Positions 9,635 through 16,986 are shown, numbered from the stretch's first letter. The stretch is 20,000 bases of DNA from an uncultured virus (IMG/VR IMGVR_UViG_3300035506_000159) (IMGVR_UViG_3300035506_000159); one strand, 5' to 3'. Made by a program: numbers and translations. The notes: a model not told the origin generated them from the sequence alone.

Positions 9635-10063
9635 ATGAATACTTATATTGCATCAATTGATAAAGATAATAATGAGTTGGGTGTCGTATTTGAGGACATC
9701 AATGGTCAAACGTTCAAGACCTCCATCAACCTCGAACCCCTGAATATTTCCGAGGATTTTATTTATTTCCTCAAAAAAACTCGCACTGTTTATGCGTATG
9801 GCTATGACTGTGATAAATACGCTGCGATGTTTTTTCCTTCCATTAAATACATCAATATGTATAAAGAGCTGCGAAACATGGATACCGTCGAATATGATGA
9901 CTATGCACGCTCCAACAACTTCTACACAGACAGTGGCAACGTATCCTACCGTTTGCTTTATGTTGTGCGATGGATAAAGAAGAATAATAAATACGTCCAA
10001 ACGCATAAAGCAATCGATGACGCTGAGATGGCCTTGAATGTGATTCATAAGTTTTTCAACTAG
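9635..10063 (+). CDS. Degenerate DEDDh exonuclease-like protein
   Basis: ExoIII-like HKAIDDA and VYAYGYDCD retained; ExoI DxE not intact; hairpin at 10074-10104. Confidence 0.6.
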   Translation: MNTYIASIDKDNNELGVVFEDINGQTFKTSINLEPLNISEDFIYFLKKTRTVYAYGYDCDKYAAMFFPSIKYINMYKELRNMDTVEYDDYARSNNFYTDSGNVSYRLLYVVRWIKKNNKYVQTHKAIDDAEMALNVIHKFFN

Positions 10064-10113
10064 TTTGAGGAACTAGGGGATACCCGATACTAGGGTATCC
10101 CCTATATTGTATT

Positions 10114-10156
10114 CTATCGAACATTTGTACTATCGAACATTTGTACTATCGAACAT
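10114..10156 (+). repeat. 16-bp tandem repeat (2.7 copies) of a LexA-box-like unit
   Basis: CTATCGAACATTTGTA at 10114, 10130, partial at 10146. Confidence 0.85.
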
Positions 10157-10164
10157 GGCGAAAA

Positions 10165-10194
10165 ATTTTAGCATACTCCCCTACAAAAAGTCAA
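10165..10194 (-). promoter_or_regulatory. Leftward promoter reading into the LexA-like repeats
   Basis: TTGACT-18-TAAAAT with extended TG. Confidence 0.65.
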
Positions 10195-10364
10195 GACCTG
10201 AATTGTGGAGATTTTATGAATTTTAGCCCATTCCCGCAACTATGGAGATTCTATGTAATTTTAGAGAAACTGGAATTTCTCAAGAATAAACCCGCTGCTA
10301 CGTGGCATAATATCCATAGCACGCGGGTAATCCCGCCCGCGTGGGAGGTACTAGGAGGTACCCT

Positions 10365-10736
10365 ATGAGCAAGTACACGAACGCTACCGCCCTGTCCGCT
10401 GCCATCACTGTCATGAACCGTCTGTATGAGGACAATAGCCCGCTCTATGATGCCGAACTCGTTCAGAAACTCGAGTCCATGCACGCGGTAGCCATCAAGC
10501 CGCGCAAAAAGTCTGATGGTCCCTCCAAAACCGCACAAGCAAACGCGGCCATTCTTGAAACCATTGTTCCTGTAATTCAGGCTAGCGGAAAACAGTGGAC
10601 TGCTAAAGAAATCTGCAACACTTTTTCCGAGGTAGCTACTAGCCAAAAATCCGTGGCATTGATGCGTCAGGCCATTGCAGACGGTACTATTATTAAAGTA
10701 CACGTCGGCAGCCAAACCCTTTATCAGGCTGTTTAA
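10365..10736 (+). CDS. Small winged-helix DNA-binding protein, paralog 2
   Basis: AGGAGG SD; shares AIKPxKKSDGP, TAKE, TSQKxVAxMRQAI and VGSQTLY with 5185-5544. Confidence 0.8.
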   Translation: MSKYTNATALSAAITVMNRLYEDNSPLYDAELVQKLESMHAVAIKPRKKSDGPSKTAQANAAILETIVPVIQASGKQWTAKEICNTFSEVATSQKSVALMRQAIADGTIIKVHVGSQTLYQAV

Positions 10737-10741
10737 CTACT

Positions 10742-10771
10742 AGGGGTACCTAAAAAGGTACCCCTTTTTTC
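10742..10771 (+). terminator. Intrinsic terminator
   Basis: AGGGGTACCT-AAAA-AGGTACCCCT followed by T-run. Confidence 0.85.
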
Positions 10772-10882
10772 TGTTACCGGGACTTTAGTATAATAAAGTG
10801 CCGGTACAAGAAACTCAAACCGGGTAAACCTAGGTTAACTTTAATCACGATCGCCTTTGAATGGGATCGTAACAGTAACAAT

Positions 10883-10925
10883 TAGAACATTTGTTCTACG
10901 AACATTCAATCGAACATGTGTTCGA
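10883..10925. promoter_or_regulatory. Two LexA (SOS/Cheo) boxes
   Basis: TAGAACATTTGTTCTA (10883) and TCGAACATGTGTTCGA (10910), the latter a perfect TCGAAC-N4-GTTCGA. Confidence 0.8.
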
Positions 10926-11829
10926 GTACGCCCAGAAAATGTGGAGATTTTATGTAAATGGAAAAAACTATTGACAAACGCCAGAATTTGTGTTTTCGAC
11001 ATTTTTCCTAAAACTTTATCATGATAAAGTGAGCCATTTAGAGCCATTTTAAGCCCTTACACGCGCTTAAGTGCGTATTTTCGCTAACATGGCCTTAAAT
11101 CGGCTCCTATGACCTTACAGGGGTAAAATCTTGTGGATTGCTGCACATATTTCCGATAGTTTCAACTTTAATTATCGACAGAATAAAACCCCGATATATT
11201 TGTGGTTTTGTGTATAATTATTCATTGTGTTTTTTTGATGTTTTTTAAAAATCAAGTACCGTTCACCGATTACACAGAATAAACACATCAATATTTGAAT
11301 TAATTTCTTAATAAACAATTGAATTAAATTTTGATTAAAATATTTATTAAAATATTAGTTTAAAATTTTATATATAAATCATTTAACTATTAAACCATTT
11401 ATGACCATAAGAGCTGAGCAATCGCCCTATAGGCGATTTTTCCACAACCCCTGGTCTATAGGCGATTCCCTCGGAATTCCTGAAAAAAACAATATAGGCA
11501 TAAAAAATTTAATTAAAAAATTTATCGGCGGCGAAACTCTGGGAAAGGCTACCAAGAGACACAAAATCAGTCTATAGGCGAAATTCTGAGAAACGACGGA
11601 GCAAAGAAATGCCACCAAGACTATTTGCTTTCAGCAGCCCGCAGTCATAAGAATTTGAACTAATTTTTTATATAGCATCCAAGAGTAACACAAAAAGTTC
11701 TATAGGCTCCTTTTCTATAACCCTTGCGGCATTTGCTATTGGCAGTCGCGTTACATAAAAATTTTAATTAAATTTTTGATCTATATACATATAAAAAAAG
11801 ACCACTCTTGCGAGCAGTCCTTTGATAAT

Positions 11830-12174
11830 TCACTTAGTTATACGCTTGCGGGTCAGGGTAAGTTCGTAGCGAGCACCGCCCACCTCGAAGGCTACGATGC
11901 GTTCTGGATTAACAACCTCCACCGAATCAACATCCGCATCTTCAAGGCAATTCCGCAGAAAGCCAATCAGGTTACGCTTAACAGTGTCGGGCTTGCGGGA
12001 GGACTTCTTCTTGCTCTTGGTTTCCACAACTTCCTCTTTCGTCTTGTCAATCAAACCTTCACCAGCAAGATACATTTCAATGCAACCTTTGTTGGTCAAT
12101 CCATACTTCTTCTTGGCTTCGCGCAGGAAGTCATCGGGAATCTCAACAGTGTTGCCATCGATAGTGTACTTCAT
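11830..12174 (-). CDS. Hypothetical phage protein, 114 aa
   Basis: AAAGGAG SD; GC-rich codon usage; hairpin with T-run downstream (11793-11823). Confidence 0.8.
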   Translation of the reverse strand: MKYTIDGNTVEIPDDFLREAKKKYGLTNKGCIEMYLAGEGLIDKTKEEVVETKSKKKSSRKPDTVKRNLIGFLRNCLEDADVDSVEVVNPERIVAFEVGGARYELTLTRKRITK

Positions 12175-12287
12175 GAAGTCTCCTTTGAAAAGGTGGAGAG
12201 GAGAGGATTTCGCTTAGCCCGCAAGCCATGCATACCTCTCCGTCTCCTATATCTTAACTTACCCGCGACAGTAAGAAAGAACCGCTA

Positions 12288-12656
12288 TTAATTCTCCTCC
12301 ACGAAGGCGGCGAACACAGGCTTAGAAGACTTGGTTTCACCGACGATGCGGTCAACCAGGCCCTCCTTCACCAGACGAGAAAGAGCAGCAGAAACCTTCT
12401 GCGTGGAGATAGTCTCGCCAATCTGCTCAGACAGGGACTCAGCCCACTCAGAAGCAGACAGCTCCGCATCCTCCGCGACCATGTGATTATAGAGAAGCTC
12501 AGCGAACTCCGCAACCTTGGGGTTGGCCTTATGCGGACGAGGCTTGGAAAGCTGGGCAATGTACTTCTCGCACATCTCAACAACCTCGGAATCATTTGCC
12601 ATCGTCTCAGCGATACGAGCGAAGAGCTGGGCGCGGGTCGTCTTGGTGGTAGCCAT
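12288..12656 (-). CDS. Small winged-helix DNA-binding protein, divergent paralog 3
   Basis: AAAGGAG SD; SASEWAE..STQKVSAALSRLVKEGLVDR wHTH; same architecture as paralogs 1 and 2. Confidence 0.8.
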   Translation of the reverse strand: MATTKTTRAQLFARIAETMANDSEVVEMCEKYIAQLSKPRPHKANPKVAEFAELLYNHMVAEDAELSASEWAESLSEQIGETISTQKVSAALSRLVKEGLVDRIVGETKSSKPVFAAFVEEN

Positions 12657-12717
12657 AGTGTGTTCTCCTTTGAACATCCTGTGATGAGGTTTCCTTTTCC
12701 CTCATCTTGTTGATTAT

Positions 12718-12747
12718 ATTATAACATGAAATAGAACCTGTTGTCAA
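12718..12747 (-). promoter_or_regulatory. Promoter of wHTH paralog 3
   Basis: TTGACA-18-TATAAA with extended TG. Confidence 0.7.
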
Positions 12748-12841
12748 GTGCAAGTTTTTATCCATCATTCCAACACATCTTGTTTACCCTCCAAGTCTGC
12801 TTTGGTGGAAAATATTTTCTTCCTCTTGACTTTGTAATTAT

Positions 12842-12871
12842 ATTATAACATGAAATCAATCCAAGAGTCAA
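12842..12871 (-). promoter_or_regulatory. Second, related tandem promoter
   Basis: TTGACT-18-TATAAT; shares ATTTCATGTTATAA with the 12718-12747 promoter. Confidence 0.7.
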
Positions 12872-12980
12872 TAAGTAATTTTATCACTATAAATGCTACA
12901 TAATTATTCTAAATGCGGCCATTAAGTAATATATTTGTGCGGCAAAGGAGATATATTCTATAGACTTTATCTATAAAATA

Positions 12981-13120
12981 TTGAAAATGAAACATTTTTT
13001 CATCATTTTGAAAATGAATTTCTTTAAAGAATTACTTGAAAATGAAAATTTAAAAACGAAATTTTGAAAATGAATTATTTTTTACGTTGAAAATGAAATA
13101 TTTTTTTCAAAATGAAATAT
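12981..13120 (+). repeat. Array of five TTGAAAATGAA units (Zur/Fur-like half sites)
   Basis: Copies at 12981, 13008, 13036, 13064, 13087. Confidence 0.8.
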
Positions 13121-13715
13121 TCTTTTATATTCTGGGATACATATGAAAATAGACTTAGAAATATATATGTGCCGCATAGGCTTTATTTCTAAGTCTTTTA
13201 ACATCTAATCTATAGGGTACGCTAACTCACCAATGTAATTTTTATTATATTTAAATATTATATATATAAAATTCTATATAATTAAAAATCAATATATCTT
13301 CGCTAGTTGTTTTACTTGCGTTCTTTGCAAGTAATAACAACTAGCCCTAAAGGGTTTTGCGTTCTTTGCAAAACACTTTAGGTTTTTCTCTCTCTTTTTT
13401 TCTTTTTCTTTGCTTCTTTCTTTTTCTTTTTTCTCTCTCTTTTCCCCTTTTATTTTAATAAAAGAAAGAAGCCTAAAATTATCGCATTTTGCCCTGATTT
13501 TTTTGAATTGTAATAAATGATTAAAAAATTGTAAAAAATAATTTATGGCCGCATGTGTGTTATCTCTTTGCTATTGGTCAATTATCTCTTTACTATTGGT
13601 ATATTTCTATAGGCAAAACCCGCAAATCGCCGCATTTAACGATTCAAATTTTAAAGACGACCAATTACCTTACTCAAAAATTTAAATCGCAATCTGGGGC
13701 ATTTTTGAAAAATTT

Positions 13716-13764
13716 ATACCACATATTGTAGTACTTTATTTTAAAGAAACACTAGATATGGTAT
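13716..13764. promoter_or_regulatory. Tandem NrdR-like boxes
   Basis: ATACCACATATTGTAG (13716) and ACACTAGATATGGTAT (13749), 33 bp apart. Confidence 0.55.
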
Positions 13765-14036
13765 AAAAAATAGCCCATATAGTTAAGCTAGATTTTTCCC
13801 TAGGTAATTTAGGTGTATAAAATGTAGTTTATCTATATAGGCTTTAGTTGTAAAAGCTGCGGAGGTAAAGCAGCAAAGAACGCTGCTTTACTCCTTGCTT
13901 AGCTCCGTTAGGTCCTGTTCGCTTCGCTCCAGGCCCACTCCGCTGTTAAGTTATTACACTTCGTTTATAACTGAACAGATTGTTAAGCTGCACTACGTTA
14001 GTTTTAACAAGATGTAGTGTGTTAAGCTACACCTAG

Positions 14037-14065
14037 ATTATAACAATTATTTCATTAAAAGTCAA
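14037..14065 (-). promoter_or_regulatory. Leftward promoter into a structured non-coding region
   Basis: TTGACT-17-TATAAT with extended TG; no ORF downstream. Confidence 0.7.
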
Positions 14066-14428
14066 TAGTTTTTTAAAATTATTCGGTGAACGGTCAAAAA
14101 TATTTGTTACATCAAAGATTAGTTTAAATTTTTATCTATCGTAAAGATTGTGAAGAACCGTTCTCGGTGGTAGCTGGGAAAAAAAGAAAGTGCTTGACGG
14201 GGCCTGAAATATATCGCACCACACAGAGCCAATAATCAGTCAAATCTCACATTCTCAGTAATTTTCAGTAATTATTGTTCTCTTTGATTTTTCTTCGTTT
14301 TTAAAGTAAAATAAAAGGAAATAATAATTCGCATCAATTCACTAACACTAATATCTTTTTCCGCAGCTTCTTCTACCATCATATTATAAATTTTCTCAGT
14401 GACGGCACAAGTAATCTGCTTTTCTTTT

Positions 14429-15286
14429 CTAGGCATTTCTCAATACCTTTTCTGTCTCCTCGATATAGGAATCATGGAACAAAGACTCTTTAATAGCTTC
14501 CTTCCACACATCCTCACCAATATTATATTTCCTAACATATTGCGCCAAAGTGCGGCCCCAGCCATCTTCCACCACAAAGTAATCATTAAAATGATTCAAC
14601 TCAAATACCATGCGGTCCAGGGTCTTAGTTTCTATAGGCTTTTCTACTTTCTCTATCATATCACCAATAGTAGGTTCATATTCATTACCTTCATATTGAT
14701 TAACTGAATCAAGAACATAAAATGTACCCATTCCAACTCTTTTCTTATTCTTATTTACAGTAATAAGATTAGTCTTAGTAAGTACATCTAAAATATCTGC
14801 TACAATAGTATGATTACCAGAAAAATGATTATCATAGCCAATAGCCTCTAACAATTCATTCTGAGAAAAAGTAGTATCTTTACCTTTGCGGCAATTATTC
14901 CTATACTTGTTAAATAAATAGCAATATACTTTAAAAGCATTACTACTTAAAGCATTAGCACAAAATCTAACAGTGCGGAGTTTGAGTTTAACAAACCATC
15001 CATCCGCACCTATAGGATAAACAATAATAGTATTCTTATCAAATTCATCAACTAAACCAGTCTCAATAAATACATTAAGAATAGTTCTTGCTTTTCGTCT
15101 AGTTACTTTCATTTCCTTAACACATAAATCGAGAAACTCTTGCTTATCAACTTCTCTACCTATAGGCTCTTCAACTCTAACATAACCTAAAGTATTAATA
15201 AGTCCATATCCACGCATATCTAATTGCTTCTTTTTCATAACATTATCTTTAATGCTAAGCATTATATCTCTATTATATTCTTCCAT
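14429..15286 (-). CDS. Putative replication initiator (tandem winged-helix, Rep-like)
   Basis: AGGAG SD; two wHTH-like segments (TRRKARTILNVFIETGLV; FKVYCYL..FSQNELLEAIGY..ILDVLTKTNLI); iterons directly upstream. Confidence 0.6.
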   Translation of the reverse strand: MEEYNRDIMLSIKDNVMKKKQLDMRGYGLINTLGYVRVEEPIGREVDKQEFLDLCVKEMKVTRRKARTILNVFIETGLVDEFDKNTIIVYPIGADGWFVKLKLRTVRFCANALSSNAFKVYCYLFNKYRNNCRKGKDTTFSQNELLEAIGYDNHFSGNHTIVADILDVLTKTNLITVNKNKKRVGMGTFYVLDSVNQYEGNEYEPTIGDMIEKVEKPIETKTLDRMVFELNHFNDYFVVEDGWGRTLAQYVRKYNIGEDVWKEAIKESLFHDSYIEETEKVLRNA

Positions 15287-15317
15287 TATCTCTCCTCTCT
15301 TTAAATCTTGAATGTAT

Positions 15318-15349
15318 TATCTATATATCTATATATCTATATATCTATA
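15318..15349. repeat. AT-rich 8-bp tandem repeat x4 (unwinding-element-like)
   Basis: (TATCTATA)4. Confidence 0.9.
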
Positions 15350-15352
15350 GTG

Positions 15353-15436
15353 TACAAAGATTTTTGTACTTTGCTACAAATAAAATTGACCTTTGCTACA
15401 AAGATTTTTGTACTTTGCTACAAAGATTTTTGTCAC
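15353..15436. repeat. 22-bp iterons, about 3.7 copies
   Basis: TACAAAGATTTTTGTACTTTGC at 15353 and 15397, variant at 15375, partial at 15419. Confidence 0.9.
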
Positions 15437-15683
15437 ATTTAATTGAAGCGTTATTTTTTTGATAACAACCTGTTATTTTTTGATAACACTTTTGCGTTAT
15501 ACCTTTTTGTCGTTTTGGAATCACTTCTTCGTAAACATGCCCATAATTTCCGCCCATGACAATGCAATATCAAACTAACAGCTAAAGTCAATTTTTAGCA
15601 AAACAAGGCAAGAGATATGGACATAATATCCATATCCCTCACCTAATATAAAAATTTGAAATTCAAAATAATATTAATTTGAC

Positions 15684-16076
15684 CTAGCCCGCAAAGAACC
15701 TACCAGTACTATCATAGGCTTGCTCTAGTTTATCAGCATACCGAACCACCGCATCTAACAACTTTGCCTTTTGCTCTTGGTTCATATCTGCCACACTATC
15801 TTTACATTTAAATATAGCTTGCCCAACATAAGAAGCTATCATCATTTCATGAGCCTTCAAATATTCTTCTCGACTATTCAAATACTCATTATCTTTCCAC
15901 TCTGTTTCACTAAGACAAACTCTATCATGAACAAAGCTATCACCAAGAGTACCAATATAATCCCTAGGATACAAACTATCTATACTTTTCAATCCACTCT
16001 TGGCTAACTCACTAAAGTGGCGGCAAATGTTACCATAGGATAACTTTCCCCAACTCTTGAATACTTCACTATACAT
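15684..16076 (-). CDS. Hypothetical protein
   Basis: ATG adjacent to upstream stop; hairpin at 15614-15636 downstream. Confidence 0.7.
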   Translation of the reverse strand: MYSEVFKSWGKLSYGNICRHFSELAKSGLKSIDSLYPRDYIGTLGDSFVHDRVCLSETEWKDNEYLNSREEYLKAHEMMIASYVGQAIFKCKDSVADMNQEQKAKLLDAVVRYADKLEQAYDSTGRFFAG

Positions 16077-16077
16077 A

Positions 16078-16344
16078 CTACACCAAATCGAAAATAACAT
16101 AATGAGTGCGGCTATCGGAGAAGGCAGTGCAATAATTTACAAGACTGTCCATTCCACCATTACCACTACCAACCTCAGAACCCCAATAGCAATCATCAGT
16201 AATCATGCCGCCAACACAAAAATCGCCGCAATTGTCATAGACATCAAAGACACAACCATCATCAGGAATTTCAATATCAAGATTCTCAACGAGCTGGCGA
16301 ACGGTAGACTCACCATTAATCTTGACAACATCACCATTAATCAT
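16078..16344 (-). CDS. Hypothetical acidic protein, paralog of 16356-16619
   Basis: AGGAG SD; INGESTV...YVIFDLV. Confidence 0.75.
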   Translation of the reverse strand: MINGDVVKINGESTVRQLVENLDIEIPDDGCVFDVYDNCGDFCVGGMITDDCYWGSEVGSGNGGMDSLVNYCTAFSDSRTHYVIFDLV

Positions 16345-16355
16345 ATTGCCTACTC

Positions 16356-16619
16356 CTAAACCAAATCAATGAGAATATAGCTAACGTGTTCATCATCCAT
16401 AACAATAGTATAGCTATCTACCTTACTATAGACATTTCCTTCTCCGTTACCTTTTTCATCAACGGTAAAACCATCTCTACCAACAGTTCCATTGAAAGAA
16501 AAACCATTGAAAGAATCAGTGACAGAATAGCAGCAATCATAATCAACATGAATATCATCGAGTAGTACAGAATAGACCGCGGATTCGCCATTAACAAGAG
16601 TGGTAATTGAACGATGCAT
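16356..16619 (-). CDS. Hypothetical acidic protein
   Basis: AAGGAG SD; promoter TTGACG-18-TATAAT at 16656-16685; VNGESAV...YILIDLV. Confidence 0.75.
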   Translation of the reverse strand: MHRSITTLVNGESAVYSVLLDDIHVDYDCCYSVTDSFNGFSFNGTVGRDGFTVDEKGNGEGNVYSKVDSYTIVMDDEHVSYILIDLV

Positions 16620-16709
16620 TGACAACTCCTTCTTTCTTCTTCCTTGACTAAATATATTATAACATATAATCAGAGCTATCGTCAAATGCGGCAATGGAGA
16701 AATTATAGA

Positions 16710-16976
16710 CTAATCAAGGATATACTTCCACCATTGCTTATTTTCCGCACTCTTCCTAATATCTCTGTTCAATACAATATAGAGTTCATCTGTATCAATA
16801 ATGATATTATTATCTTCAACAGTAAAATGCGGCGCAAGATTAACAATCAGCTTAAATATCTTTTCTTCCAATCTACTCTTAGCCGCACCATCTAGCAATT
16901 CAAGAATATAATCATCAATAATAATATTTACATTGCCGCAATTATGTCTAATTACATCTACAATAGTTTCTTCCAA
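16710..16976 (-). CDS. Hypothetical protein
   Basis: TTG start after AAGGAG; fills the operon. Confidence 0.6.
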   Translation of the reverse strand: MEETIVDVIRHNCGNVNIIIDDYILELLDGAAKSRLEEKIFKLIVNLAPHFTVEDNNIIIDTDELYIVLNRDIRKSAENKQWWKYILD

Positions 16977-16986
16977 CAAGTACTCC

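Noticed and set aside
5242..12713. Antisense ORFs 5242-5568, 6527-7114, 9038-9505, 9653-10048, 10251-10715, 11776-12291, 11897-12217, 12483-12713
   Set aside because: Shadows of genes that have SD, promoter and terminator support on the other strand
15353..15436. CRISPR array
   Set aside because: Head-to-tail repeats with no spacers; iteron-like
15471..15488. GlnR/TnrA box
   Set aside because: Spacer is 8 nt, not 7; more likely part of the origin
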